A DNA stretch of 64,000 bases from Bispira polyomma (taxonomy: Eukaryota), in contig OZ287750.1 of the NCBI GenBank assembly GCA_965649765.1, positions 43,834,001 through 43,898,000 on the forward strand, written 5' to 3'. Below, in pieces: positions 1 to 13,370 of this stretch (position 1 is its first letter; every line of letters starts with the position of its first letter). Under the pieces are notes generated by a model. It saw only the letters and a list, made by a program, of their open reading frames with translations, made no database searches and was not told the origin of the DNA. Both the position numbers and the translations under genes were made by a program.

Positions 1-735
1 AGACCAGTCTAAAAAGGTAAGATTTCAGATGGTAATTTTATCCTGCGATCTGACAGTATGTGGGATTTTGTTCCATTCCACAGGAGCTGCAACAGCAAAA
101 CAGCGCCTACCAATTTTTCTGTTAGGTCGGGTCGAGGAGACAGAGAGGCAGTTCCCCGGCCGGGTAAGGCTACTAGATTTGATAAGTGAGGAGAGATAAG
201 GAAGTTGGTTCAGGTTGATAGCTTTAAACACAAGAAGGTTGTATTTAAAGAGAATACGCTGTTTCACAGGAGTTTTTTTTAGGTAGGGTGAAACATGGCT
301 AAATTTGTTAAGCTTGTACATAATACGGCAAAGGGCATTTTGAACTCTTTAGAGCCTTGTTATATTGACTTTATCTATACCGTACAGCAAGAAGTTGTTA
401 TAGACCGCAGTCCCAAGACTGAGGTACCTGCGTATATTGCGCAGATCGCGTAGATGGTACCAGCAGGCCCGGCAGACACTGGCTACCTGATTACTGAAAG
501 AGATATCTCGGTTGAAAAAACACACCAAGATTTCTACCATCTATCGCTAAGTATATTTGTGCATCAGCATACAGGTGGTGGGTGACATTAAACTGAGAAA
601 TTATTTTATTGAGGGAGGTGGTGTACATGGTGAAAAGAAGAGGGCCCAATACAGAACCTTGTGGGACATCGTGTGGTAGTGAGAAAGCTTCTGAAAAATT
701 ATCGCCAATTTCGATTTTTTTTTGCATTCTACGGT
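1..735 (-). mobile_element. Degenerate L2/CR1-clade LINE, 3' part of ORF2 (RT and C-terminal region), frameshifted and internally deleted
   Basis: ORF pieces read VPQGSVLGPLLFTMYT and HLYADAQIY (decayed YADD), RNLGVFF, CWYHLRDLRNIRRYLS, SHVSPYLK..PVKQRILFK and FAVAAPVEWNKIP, all typical of L2/CR1 ORF2. Confidence 0.9.
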
Positions 736-3337
736 GTAAATAGGACTATCATGATAAATTATGCCGTAATGAAAAACGATGGTAAATGCAAATTCAATCT
801 CAATACATGAATATATCTGTGGCTTTAATTTAGGGATCAATCATTATTTGTCAATAAACATTGTATAGCTATTTTCTATTTAATTTATAGCCTTATAAGA
901 CAAAAATGATCATCCATGATGAAATCCAACTGTCTCACACAGTGTATAAATTAAGCAAAAGCTATGAGGCAATAAATTAGACTCCATCAGACTTTGATCT
1001 GTCCTTGGTTGAATAAATACCCCCACTGCTAAAGAGTCTGGTACATTACAATTCATTGGTATGAAGATGTGACAAAACTGTGGCCACCAAGTGGCAAGAG
1101 TGTTGATTTTCAGACTGGAGGCTCTTGGCAGCGATCCTACGTACAGACTCAGATATTTAGATTTAGGGTTTAATGTCGCTTTCAATAACTGTGTAATTTA
1201 TAGCGAAAAGTTGGTGCATAAAAGAAGGACAATAAAGATAATTAAGATTTCTGAACTACAGACCACTGGTCTTTATGAAGCTAGCCTACTGTCACATACA
1301 TGCCAGAGCTCAAAATTAACACCCACAACTGCAGAGACAGGCACGAGTGTATAGGTTCAGAGGTTCAGCAGTATTCACTAAATGCCATGGAAATCATTCT
1401 AGAATAACTTTAGCCTAAGTATAATTTCCTTGTAATGACTTAATGTAGTTGCAGACCAATTTATGTCTGACAGGTTATTTTCAGAAACAGAATATGACTA
1501 CTTGATCATCAGTAGCATGATTTAAAACTATGTTTAGGAACTGATTTAGATAAACAGATTATATCTATAAATAATTAATCTGAATAACCAGTTATTACTT
1601 CACTGGGACAATTAAATGACACTCACAAGAAAAGCTTCTTGCACCAGTTTAGCCTTAGATACTTGACTGCCTTATAATGTCTAACCTATCTTGGTGATGT
1701 AAAGATTGATCTGAGCTAGTTAAGAGTAACTACTGTTAAGCCGTTTTTCAATAAAATATGAACTACGAAATAATTACTTTTTAGAGAAGATTGCTTATTC
1801 TAGGTAGCTTGACAGTTAATCAATGGGGAATGTGTGGGTTAAATAAACTGTTGTCTTTCATCTCAGTGATCTATCAATCTTTTATGCTGTTTGCCCCAAT
1901 AAATCTTATGAGGCATACTTGTCCAGTACAAAGTCTATATGCAAAAACACAACAACTAAACCTCTGTGGGGGCTAACAGCTTCAGTAGTTCTCACACCTC
2001 CCATTGTTTATCAGACAAATCACTAATCAGAAGTTAAGGTCACCATATAAAGCTGCTGTATGTTAACTTTTTAAGTTTGTAATATATAGCCAATTGTTAC
2101 TAGTTTTGCTTTTTGTAAATTGTGTAAATATTTCAACAGGAAATTGGTAGTTTGTGTTTTAAATTATTCAATCAAATCTCCTAGACAAGTTAAGGTGACA
2201 ATTATAATTTTTCACTAGGCAGGTTAAACCAGTGCATTCAATCCACACGAGAGGGGAGTTAAACAAAAGACTATATGGATCACTTATTTGACAGCAAAAA
2301 CTGTGCTTGGTCCAAAATTTCATCACTAGTGCAAATGAAACCAGGCATGATTTATGTGAAATAGAATTAAAGTTGATGTGGCATGTTAATGTAAAGTAAC
2401 TGTTTTTGTATGAATACTACTTTTTACAAAGACATACCTGACCTTTAGCATTGATTAGCATCATTCTAGTGCAAAGTAGATTAGTTTCTTATCAATACAT
2501 AAAGAGAAATGTCATAACAATAGCATTGTACTTGACAGCTGAATGTCAACCAATAATGTAACGACTCACAAACAACTCATTGTTACAGAATTGATCTTAA
2601 AATGTTTTGTGATGCAAAATATATAGTTGCATGACCCAAATACATATTTAAAAATTACTTATATCATATACTAATTTTTCTTCAAACACATACTTATAAA
2701 AAGGTTTTCTTCGTTTATTCTGATGCAAGACATGTTTTTGATGATTTGGACGAATAAGCAGAAATTTATACCGTAAATTAATGCTTTCATGAGTGGTTAA
2801 AGTTCGAAAGATTGATGTTTATTATTGCAATGGATATTTAAAATTTTTATGTGACTCAATAAACAAGTATGTTTTGTACCACAACAAATTTTTTGACCTC
2901 AATTATTTAAGCAAAATTCCTGTTCTTGTGACTTAACTGCACAAGACTGCTATGATAATTAGCTTAGCAGGTTTGCAAACATGATGTCCTCATATAAAAT
3001 ACAGATGCAATACGAGTAGGGTTACCACAGAAATAAACAATCCAGACTTTGGAAAATAATTCTGTTATAGGTAAGCTCCAGAAACCTAACCAGCTGTTGA
3101 AACTAAAGTACTAATAAAGAATATCAAGTAAAACCTTTTGTTAAAACGAAAATAAATTTAGTTGCTTTTACAAATTATTGAAAGTGTAGGTGGGGTATAA
3201 TTTGAGTCGTGCATTGGTCTACTTACAAAAACTTCCATTACAAAGAAAAATACTGGTCAATTCAAAGAGAACCCATAATAATTGAAGGTTACTGTTTAAT
3301 TAAATTTAACATAGTAATAACGATAAAATTGTGATAA

Positions 3338-3412
3338 GGGCCGCAGTGGCCTGATGGTTAGAAGCATTAACTTTACAATCACTGGCCTCTCACTAATATG
3401 TGTTCGAATCAG
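3338..3412 (+). mobile_element. tRNA-derived SINE, 5' fragment (family A-related)
   Basis: GGGCCGCAGTGGCCTGATGGTTAG (A box) ... ACAATCACTGGCCTCTCAC ... GTTCGAATC (B box), matching the SINE head at 36284. Confidence 0.7.
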
Positions 3413-3585
3413 AATGTTTGTTCTTTCATCTCGGAAAGATTATCTGTGAGATGTATTTGCTCTAGCCCGGTGTTGTACAAGGCATATTCAGTGTGAAATT
3501 TAAAGGCCGTTGGAGTCAAATGCACATGGACTTGGATGATCACTTTATCTGCAACTGTGTCCTGGTGGGTGCCAGCCTTTCTTAA

Positions 3586-3885
3586 ATGGCTGTTCCATTA
3601 TGCCGATTTGGTTTCCTAACTTCCCGATTTTAAGGTCCGGGGAGAGTTAGGATAGGTCGGGGGCGAAAACAGGGCGAACGCGATGGTTGGCAAGGATATC
3701 AAACATGTTTGATAAGTAACCCGGACTAGAGCCGATACTGTCCATTCTAGGGCGATATGTTAGATCGGATCGCCAATAAGTTAGATCCTAACCAGGGTCA
3801 GCGAGGCCGGGGCAGTTCTACTACAAACTTTAAGATTGATCGTGGTCGGTGTCCTGTCAATCGTACTTGATAGTGTAACACCCCA
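3586..3885. mobile_element. Possible PIF/Harbinger-like MITE (old)
   Basis: Degenerate TIRs ATGGCTGTTCCATTA / TAGTGTAACACCCCA (10/15 match) with TAA on both sides. The interior is GC/CpG-richer than the flanks. Confidence 0.4.
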
Positions 3886-5389
3886 TAAGGTACACAGAGA
3901 ACCGGAGTTCCATCTCATTCTAAGTCTCCATGGTACAGGCAGATACATAGTGGTTACGATGACCACTTTAAATGGTGATTCTGTCATTCGATCATATCAC
4001 CAGTGGCAGGCTAAAGAACCTTGGGGACATTGACACATGTTCATTCCTAAGATTTTCTCTTCTGTTACTGATACTGGATGGTTGTACTTGGATAGTCCAA
4101 AAATAGGTTTATTAGCGCCTTGAGCATAAATTTTACTTTATTTTCTCATATCTCCAGTGTGTAATTGGTGCTAGTTAAGTGTATTAGTCCAATGCAGAAA
4201 AGGTTAGTAGTGCTTTAAAATTCAACAACAGGAGATGTATGCATTTCCCTGGGATTAAGGTAGATATAGATGTTTAAAGCTTGAGGTTATTATAACATCA
4301 GAGACAGCAGTAAAGATCTTCTGGGAAGCATAACAATTCTTTCTTTAAATCCATTTCTTTTTTTTTATAATATTTGGACGTAAAAGATATTTGATAATCC
4401 ATTAATAGTGCATTCTTTAGCTTTGGACAATTAACAACCCACTTTTAAGTGCATCAGATTCTTTACCTTTGAATTGAAACATAGGGTCCTATTTTGATCA
4501 CTTCTTTTAGGTATAAATTGACATCAGCTTACATTTAGGCCTGTATTGAGTTTGACATAAAGAAGAACATCCTGGTTTTCATGTTAGACTTTTTACATGT
4601 TTTTTTTTCTAATCATACCAGAACACTTTGAACAGGCCAATGTGATTACCTGTCACAAGATCAAATTTGTTAGTCAGTGTGACATGAAACAAGGAGATTT
4701 CTTGTGGATAAACAATCCTATAAAAAGCTAGGGGCCTCCAATGTAGTGTTTATATTAACAGTGATGTGAAATGTAACTTTGTTAAATACACTACTTAGAG
4801 GCCTAGTCTGTACAGGTTGTGTGAAGTAGCATTATCTTTTACTAAGGTGCCAGAAAGCAACACAAATTGAGGCCATTTCTGTCCGTTTAGCACAAAATGG
4901 GCTAGAAAGAAGAAATATTATAAATTTTGTCAGAGGGAAAAATGTATAGTGTGACCAAATTTTATGGTGATCGCGCTTGTTAAACACTATTCCTAGAGTA
5001 CAAAAGACCTAGGTTTAAAGACCTGGCACAAGCAGACATTACCTTGACACTAAAATTATAAGAACATCTCAAGGTTTTTTTTATGTCTGGCCAACAACGT
5101 TATCTTATGATGTCATCATTGAAGTATATTTTTCTGTAAATCTCAGGTAAATGCTTAAACAACAGCTTTTGTATTTTGTATGATTATCTTACACATAGTG
5201 GGGACAAATAATATTGCAATGGGCAACACTCGTGTGTTTTTGTGAGCATTTGATTTTTGAACTAAAGGTACTGATAAAATTTTTCTTTCTTTGTAAAAAC
5301 AAGAATCCAAAATCTAATAATTCTGTAATGGTGCTTAATCTCTGTATTAGTCGATTCTAAGACGCAAAAAAATCAGAATTCTTATTTAC

Positions 5390-5985
5390 TAATCATGTTG
5401 TGGTGGACGGAAAAAGAATTGTTATCAGGGAGGAACTCGGTGATGGTAAGACCGTGTCAGAAGGAATAAGCTGTTTGATAGAGATGTGTCTTAAGCTTAC
5501 TTGTAAGAGTTGAAAGAGAAGGTGAGCATTTTATATATCTTGTGCTAGGTCATTCCAAAACTTGGGTCAGCAAATAATAAACTATGATTGAAATGAGCCT
5601 TTGGTCTATGTATGCTATACATGTCTATACCGCAACGGGTATTGACTTGCTGAGAGTAAAAGGTGAGTTATGGGCCGAGGTATTTTGGGAGGCCTGTATT
5701 GAGAGACTTGTGGACCAATGTGGCAGTTTTAAACATGCACTAGAATTTAACAGGAAGCCAGCGTTAATCTTTTAGAACAGGAGATATATAGGAATACTTT
5801 GAGGTAATAATGATGATACAAGCTAGAATACTCTGTATTGCCTGAAGGCGAGATATGTCCTTGGTAGACAAACTGGTTAGCAACGAGTTACAATAGTCAA
5901 TGCGACTGCTCACAAGTACATTAGCCAACAACACAGCTGTATCCCGAGACAAATAGCATTTCACTTGTCCAAGATCTCTCAGTCT
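5390..5985 (-). mobile_element. L2/CR1-clade LINE 3' fragment
   Basis: YLSRDTAVLLANVLVSSRIDYCNSLL...RLQAIQ...ISPVLK is the conserved L2/CR1 ORF2 C-terminal region; the downstream part resembles LKTHL plus 3' UTR. Confidence 0.85.
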
Positions 5986-6707
5986 TACAAAACAGAAAAT
6001 CCGTAGTTCTCAATGCAAGTCTGCCTGGCAAGGTTATGACAACTTGTGTTTTAGAAAAAAAATGCATTTTATTAGAGATATAAGAAGAATTAATGTTACA
6101 AAACTAACTTTGATTTAAAACATCCATGGTTTTGTTAAGGAAACACATATTAGACTCCTTTAACTAAACAGACTGTCAAACTAAACCAAAATAAATTGCA
6201 TAATCCATTTTATAACTGTTTTGTCAATATTACACAATAAACATTTCGTTGGTCATTGGTCGTATTGTTGTTGGACACCTATATGTTACTAGTTTCATAT
6301 CCATTTAACAAGCACTACATTATCTGTCTTGCAAACTATATTCTGTTGTCCATTCACAGCTATGTTACTCAACCGTAAATAATCACAATTATTATTACAG
6401 ATATGTAAACAGACAAGATATAAACAAAAACTCATTAAACATTAATGTTTATATTTTAAAGCTAGCTGCCACCGACATATAAAACATTTCCCCTAAGATT
6501 ACCGCAAATAACAAATATTAGTCTTCTGTTCAATTTCACAATATTATACAACACCTTATATACAATTATCCTCTTAAATTGTAATTTCAATACCCCTTTA
6601 ATTTCTGTTGTAGATATTTCAAACAGACTGATCTCTACCAAATCCATGCCCCAAATAAACTATACTGATTGTCAGACTTTGGGATAGCTGAAAGTTTAAA
6701 CCAGTTA

Positions 6708-7408
6708 GTCTATGCTTCCTTTCGCCATATTTTTATCGGCAGATGTCGGCCGATTTTTTCCCTCATTATATAATACTACCAAAAGCTTCCTTTCAGCAGA
6801 TTTGCATCAGATCCAATCAGACGTCGGCCGACGTCTATTTGGCCAACAGTTTTTATCTCTCAGGGAGGGAAAAAATCAGGAGGACTGACCGATTTTGAAA
6901 CAAAAATGTCTTTTAAAATGCTATCATAGGTATAATTTTCATCCTATATATACTCAATATTCATCAGATGTTTACGTTAAAAATGGCATGAGAAAGGTTA
7001 ATTTATTATCATTACTGTACTTTTTCCCTCACCAAAATCCGTTAAGAAACGGCTCAGATATTTAAGTTTATAGTTGGGTACCCATTAAACTTTCTCTTCT
7101 ACAGTGAATAATACGTCACAGTGACGTCATAATGACGTCAGCTTTGTAGCTACGTCACAGATTACACACCAGGAAGTAAAAATGGGTACCTTACTTAACT
7201 GTAGATATCTCAGCCGTTTCACAACGAATTTTGATGGGAAAAAAGCACAATAATCACAATAAAATAGGCTTTTTTCTGCAATTTTTCAAGTCACCATCCG
7301 ACGAATTTTGAGTGTATATCTGATGAAAGGAAGCACAACATCGGCCAACGTCGGATCGGATACCTTCAAATAGGTCGACGTCAGAATGTGCTGAAAGGAA
7401 GCGTAGGC
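6708..7408. mobile_element. PIF/Harbinger-like non-autonomous DNA transposon (MITE) with long internal inverted repeats
   Basis: TIRs GTCTATGCTTCCTTTC / GAAAGGAAGCGTAGGC (14/16); TTA at 6705-6707 and 7409-7411; subterminal GCTTCCTTTC repeats; ~6935-7090 is an imperfect reverse complement of ~7180-7330. A related copy lies at 35412-35742. Confidence 0.85.
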
Positions 7409-7546
7409 TTACTAAACAATAATCTGCCAACTACACTTCTCATAAACTAGACAGGGTATTTTGTCACCAATTTGGGGGGTTTTTTAGGGACTGGTGACAG
7501 AGTGATTACCATTACCAATACACATAAAGAATAATATTTTGCTGTA

Positions 7547-7745
7547 GACAATATTACAAGTAATCTTCCACCTGTGACCAGTTACTCTTGACAAAAATGA
7601 CACAAACATCAACATTTGAAAAACACCAAAAACAATATGGTTCTAATGAAAAATGCAACAGTCAAAGACAATATTACACTTAATGATCCACCTGTAAGCA
7701 CTTATTCGTTACAAAAGTGACACAAATATTAACATTTAAAAAAAA
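7547..7745. repeat. Imperfect direct repeat, two ~80 bp copies (7547-7625 and 7667-7745)
   Basis: GACAATATTACA..TAAT..TCCACCTGT...ACAAAA.TGACACAAA.AT.AACATTT occurs twice about 120 bp apart. Confidence 0.7.
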
Positions 7746-8075
7746 GTACATTGAAAATATGTTTACTGTTATTTCACTGTGGATAGACAGATACTCAGAT
7801 TTGTTGGGTTTTCTGTTGCTTGTGGCTATCAAAGGCCCACAAAACTCAGTTCAGACTAGCTTTCTGATTTCTGTAAAACACTTTGCACTGAGTGCTTTAA
7901 GTTGTATTTTAAAGTATCTCCCCACAAACTTGAAGTAGAATTTAAAATCCCAAAAAAAGCTCTTAACTTTAAACCACTGGGTGAGATATAAGAGGTATTG
8001 CTTTATATATACAGAACAACCATTATGAATATTGACTAAAAGGGAACACACATGTCTGACACAAATACACAATTC

Positions 8076-8763
8076 TCATATAGACTTATTGTTAGAGGAG
8101 TCACATGAGAACGTGCTAGCTGGGTACTGGCTATGATTGATGCTGTTGTTATTTACACGAGTATGTTTTGATGATAAACTAGGACAGGTGCAGTCACTGG
8201 AGTCTCCCTGGATCATACTGTGGTCAGAATCTTTGAGCAAATCTATGGATTTGTGTCCTGAATCTGACACCAGATCCAAAGACCGAGCCGGTAAGATGGC
8301 TGGGGAGGACTTGCTGGGGGAATTGCCCGTCGAGGGGGAATGGGAATTTGGAGACTCTTCCGAAGGTTTGAAAGTGATGAAAGAAGTCTGTGCTGAGTTT
8401 AACGACACCGACTGCGCTGATGGTAAAGGTGGTGATGCTGGCTGAACACAGGAACAATACGGTGATTCGCTCATGGCACGTGGTTGGGCATTAGCCGATC
8501 CGGGGGGCACGGATACCTGTCGGTAGGCACTGGATCCTGCGGGAAGTGTGCAAAACCTCTGCTGATTGTCAGACCTCTGAGACAAACAGCGGTCGTTGTA
8601 AACTGGTTCCCGGTGTACACGGGGACTTCTCCCTATTGTGGCGAGAGCTTGAAAGCGACGCTCGTAGTAATTGCTAGAATTGTCCAGGTCAGTGTCACGT
8701 GTGACCTCACTGAGTAAAGGGTCGGAGGTGTGGTGACTCAGAGCCATCTGGTGACTTTTTCTC
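8076..8763 (-). CDS. Last coding exon of SUEL-CUB-Sushi-TM membrane protein: Ser/Pro-rich cytoplasmic tail
   Basis: Acceptor ...gtacatcgcAG at 8765-8764; phase 2 joins the TM exon (AA|G = K) into RKSHQMALSHH...; open to TGA at 8078-8076 (ORF 8076..8810). Confidence 0.85.
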
Positions 8764-9299
8764 CTGCGATGTACAAAGTACAAATGAAAGGCGTTAATTA
8801 GAATATTCAAAATATAAACAGTTAATAAAAATATAAGCTTCGAAAGGCTGCAAAAATGTTTTAATCCAGAATAATAAAGTTAAAAGTTTAAATGTACAAA
8901 CTGTCATTGATAAAACAGACTATGAAAATGCTTCATAAATTAAGCTAATAAGCTGAAGGTTTAAATAGGCTAACTGTCACAGATAAATATGACTATGAAT
9001 ATATACCTTAAACTGTAAGGATGCCAGATAAATAAAACATGTGAAGATTAAGTTTATAGCAATTGCCCAGTAACCTTGTATTTTCTTCAAACATATTTTT
9101 TTACTTTCAAAATTTTGGATTGCATTGAATTTCAAAAGTAAAATTCTATTTCAAAGGTGACATATGTTCAAAAATATTAAAGAAAGAAACCGCAAAACTA
9201 AACAAATTTTGAATTAACAGCCTACAGTAGTTCATGTAAAAATCTGTGTCTAAAACAATATTACTGTACATATATCAATGACTCAAAGGACAAACTTAC

Positions 9300-9387
9300 T
9301 TCCTAAAACATGTCAGTATTCCAGCCAGAAGAATGATTCCCAAGGCAACTCCTAAAGCGACTCCTATCCCAATCACAATCAGCAAAC
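9300..9387 (-). CDS. Transmembrane exon (GLLIVIGIGVALGVALGIILLAGILTCFRK)
   Basis: Acceptor ttattgcAG, donor GTAAGT, 88 bp, phase 1 to phase 2. Encodes a hydrophobic helix followed by basic stop-transfer residues. Confidence 0.85.
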
Positions 9388-9842
9388 CTGCAATAAAATA
9401 CACTCCTAAAGTAACCAAAGAATAGAGTGTTCTTTTCGAATGGAAGTAATACCATATAGCATAGAGAATTTAAAGTGACTTTCAAAAGCTAAGGTTATAT
9501 CATGTCAGCCAGAGTTGATGGTGGAGGAAACTACCGTCCTACACCAAATACCTGACAAACTTTCTCGCCTGAAGAAATAATCACATTGGTAAGACCAGTG
9601 ATTATGAAGTTAACAGCACAGGATTATGTCATATTTTATAACACATTTTATTGCACCATATTTTTTTCCCGATTGATAATAAACAATGTGTATGTAAACC
9701 AGTGACGACTGAAGATCATAATAAGGTCATCAAAGTGTTATACTTAGTATAGGTGTTCCCTTAGATCCATAACGCAATATATTGTTTGATATACAGTTAC
9801 TTACATTTAATACAAGAACATAATTACATATATTTGGCTTAC

Positions 9843-9893
9843 CATATGGAAACCTGGAAGATCTACCATTGAGGTAAGGTGTGAAATTCGGCC
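9843..9893 (-). CDS. 51-bp juxtamembrane linker exon (GPNFTPYLNGRSSRFPY)
   Basis: Acceptor attgtAG, donor GTAAGC, phase 1-1, no stops. Gives FPY-G immediately before the TM helix. Confidence 0.7.
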
Positions 9894-10941
9894 CTACAAT
9901 ATCAGATTAAAGATCAATAATTAATATTAGTAAAAAATGGGATAAATTAACACTCACATATCATATGTCACATGTCCTTAAAATAGGTCAGCAAAATACC
10001 AGTTTAGGGATACATATGGATGGGCGATGTTTCAGATTGTTTAACCAGATTAGATTCATCTGCTAATGTGGCCTGGTGGGTAACAAACTCATAGGACCTG
10101 GGTTTGATGCCAATGTAGGGTGACCAGATACAAGCAGATACATAATGGCTCAGATTTCAACTTAAATGTCCTCTGTCATTGGATTCTATCCCGAGGGGCA
10201 GGATAAAGGACCTTGGGGGTGTTGATAAATCGTCATTTCCAAGACTCTCTCTCTTCAGTTAGGGGAATGATAGTTTGTCAAACCGATGCTGGTTGGCTGC
10301 TGGCAGTAAAATTAAAATACCACAACTATTCCATTTAGTTTTTGTCTAGAAACATTGACATTGTAGTTTGCAATATGGTTCAGGAATCACATATTGTATT
10401 GTATCATATTTTGCTTTTTGTAATAAGCAGTTAGAGATGAAGAGATGGGTTCTAAGTTTATTCCTTAATGCAAAAACATAGGGGGAACAATTGAGAAGGC
10501 TTTAGATCCAACCCTCTTGCTAGTTTTTACAGAAGAAACAGAAAGTTTCTTTCCTCTCTTAAGGTTCTGAAGGAAAGATGAGTAATAAGGTAGGAGGGAT
10601 AATAAAGATATAAGGTATGTAGCATACATAACATAAAAAGGGGGCAATGATAGTAATGATTGAGGCTAAAAAAGAATAGTGAATATTCGATTTAGATAGA
10701 TAATCTTTTTCAGAGATTTTGTGGTTTTGCTAATTTTAATTTCTGTTTGATTTACGTTTTCCATTAAAAATACTTATTTGTAGGAACATCAGTAAACTGT
10801 ATCAATTATTTTCGACTTGTCAATAAAAGAATATTTAATTATTTGTTTGGAATGATTTTAACTATTCGGGATAGTAAAAGTGCTGTTTGGTTTTAGCTAT
10901 GATAATGATATCCCTAATATTACTGTATGTGAACTTTATAC

Positions 10942-11094
10942 CTCCAGTACAGTTGTGCAGTTCACCAATCCATCGTGTCCCCGTGCAGGACAAGAAGAAT
11001 GTTTCTCCAGTATAGTTACATCTAACCTCCAATCTATCCCCCTCTCTTTTAATCCACGCATGGGCCATATCTGTGACGTCAGGACAACCAATAG
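10942..11094 (-). CDS. Sushi/CCP-like exon (AIGCPDVTDMAHAWIKREGDRLEVRCNYTGETFFLSCTGTRWIGELHNCTG)
   Basis: Acceptor aattgcAG, donor GTATAA, 153 bp, phase 1-1; four Cys plus the C-x4-W pattern of Sushi-like modules. Confidence 0.85.
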
Positions 11095-11761
11095 CTGCAA
11101 TTTAAAAAGAGAAAAATAATATTCCATCCTCATGAATTTATCATGGCTATTTCTTTTTTCAAGACAAAGTGACACAGAACCATAATGCTCCCATGTAATA
11201 CAAACACTAGGCTGTACCTTGATGTTTGCATGTGTTATTTAAGGGTTTAGTAATGTAAACAGAAGAATTGATCTATTTAAAACAAAAACAACAAACACAA
11301 CCTTCTTGCTCTTTCTATACTGGGTTAGAAACAGCACACAATACCCATATACAAGGTTTACTAGGAAAGAAAAACAAATGTCATCTGTGGCTGAATCCCA
11401 ATATAAATTTTGTTCATGGGTATGATATATTGGGTATTATGAAAAAAGGTGGGGTCTTGGCTGAGATTTGCGTTCTGCTACTGACTAGGCTGTTTAGTTC
11501 TTCATTGAATTTAAAACAAAACCTTTTTGACATCAATCAGTCAACTGTCACAATCAAGTATAATTTAAAGACAAACAAGAGTTGTGGTATTAAAAAGACA
11601 CCAGCCGCCAGTGTCTGAAATATTAAACTGACACTCCTTAATTTGGTCTGGTCGGTTATTTCCAACTGCCCATTTACAGAATCAATATCAGGTTGTTGCA
11701 TCTGATGAAACCACTTCTAACAGAATCAGACAGCTCTAGATTCCAAAAGGTGTGGACCAAC

Positions 11762-12169
11762 CTGTGTAAGAGATAATAAATCTGCTGTATTGTCCTGTCA
11801 GTGTCCTGGCCATGATGTACACTTCTAGGGAGTGTGACAGAGACAAATAGAACAGCCTCTCCCTCCTATTGTCCTTACACACCGGCTTCTCTATAGTCTT
11901 ATTGTGGTCCTTAATCACTGCTACCATGTCACACCCCACTGGATCCTCATAACGCAATCCTGATTGATCCCCTAGCTGCTCCTCAGTCTGGATGTCAAAG
12001 TTTAGGATCGTCAGGTTGATCTGGCGCCCGGGCTCCGTGGAGATGACCCATGGACACTTCTTGGTGCCACGGAAGTTTCGGATCTCTGGAGGAGGGAGCA
12101 GGAACTTGGTGAGATTGGTGGCCCTGAGTGGGGGAGTCTTGTGACGTGTACACTGGTGAGAGGGCTCCA
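11762..12169 (-). CDS. CUB domain exon
   Basis: CPWVISTEPGRQINLTILNF...C...C...SHSLEVYI...FIISY CUB signature; acceptor ttcttcAG, donor GTTGGT; 408 bp, phase 1-1. Confidence 0.9.
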
Positions 12170-13096
12170 CTGAAGAACATTCATTACAGAGTAAATAATT
12201 TGGGATTTTTTCCTTCTATGGTATAATCTGCTAAAGTGGCATAGATTTACAGTAAAATCATTCCCTCCAAATTTTATCATGTTCCCGCAAGATACTTTGC
12301 TATTCTCACAAGAGATAATATGTCCGATTCCAACAAGAACCCCCCAAAATATTGTGTGGTTACAAGGTAGTACCTTGTTGAAACAATATAGCAGCTTGTA
12401 TTTTGCTTTCTATTTTGCAGTAACAAGATACTATAGTGATGGAATGAGAGAAGATATTTGTTAAATAAACACCCATGTCACTTTAGGGGCACCGTAGTCT
12501 TCTTGTATCTATCACAAAGTCATTTCAATACATTACTCGAGCGAATATGGTAAAAATAGTAATAGTAATAAGTTATGTTCCATACAACTTTATTTCAGGT
12601 TCAGGTTCGATGGGTATATTTTTTTTTACAAAGTTTGCAACAAATATCCACTCATTGTATTAAACAGACAGATTCTATGCACACAGAATGTATGTGTTAC
12701 AACCGTATATGTACTAGTACATTGTGATGTTCTAAATGGGTTTTTTCAACAAGCAAAAATTGGATTAAAAAAAAAACACCTTAAAGTACTATTTAATTTA
12801 TTGTTAATAATAAAAAAATATTGACAGCAGAAATGGCTAGTTACAGTCAGTACAATCTTATTCAAGGTTTATGGTCCATTTGTTCACCTTCTTCAAAGTT
12901 GCAAAATATTCAAATATGCATTGGACTAAGTCCAAGGTTATGTCATGAGGACATTATGATACAGCGAGAGTGAAACTATCCCCAATATACACATGGTATA
13001 AAAATACTGCCAACACTCAGGGAAGATGACCCAAACTGCACTCATTCATACTTGATCTCACCAAGTGACTACTTGTGTGCAATTCTTGAAGTAGAA

Positions 13097-13288
13097 TTTA
13101 GTTGGGTTTACGTCTCTTTTAACAGCTTAGGTCATATCAGAACAGCCAGAGTTAATAGTGAAAGAAACATCTGGCCCATGACAAGTCCATGACAAACTTT
13201 CTCACATAAAGGAACAAACGGGATTCGAATCCACATTAGTGAGAGGCCAGTGACGATAAAGCATTCACTTTTAAACAATAGGCCACTA
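13097..13288 (-). mobile_element. tRNA-derived SINE (family A-related), intronic
   Basis: Reverse complement shows GTGGCCTA, CACTGGCCTCTCACTAATGTGGATTCGAATCC (B box) and the tail GCTGTTAAAAGAGACGTAAACCCAA; similar to 3338 and 35190. Confidence 0.7.
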
Positions 13289-13370
13289 TATTGAAAAGGT
13301 AAATATTGTGCTTGAAATTATAGTGCTTTAAATATGAACACCAAATCTACGACATAGCATGATTAATTAC

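Noticed and set aside
8137-8717. Plus-strand ORFs over the last exon, and similarly 48236-50230
   Set aside because: Antisense shadows of real minus-strand coding sequence.
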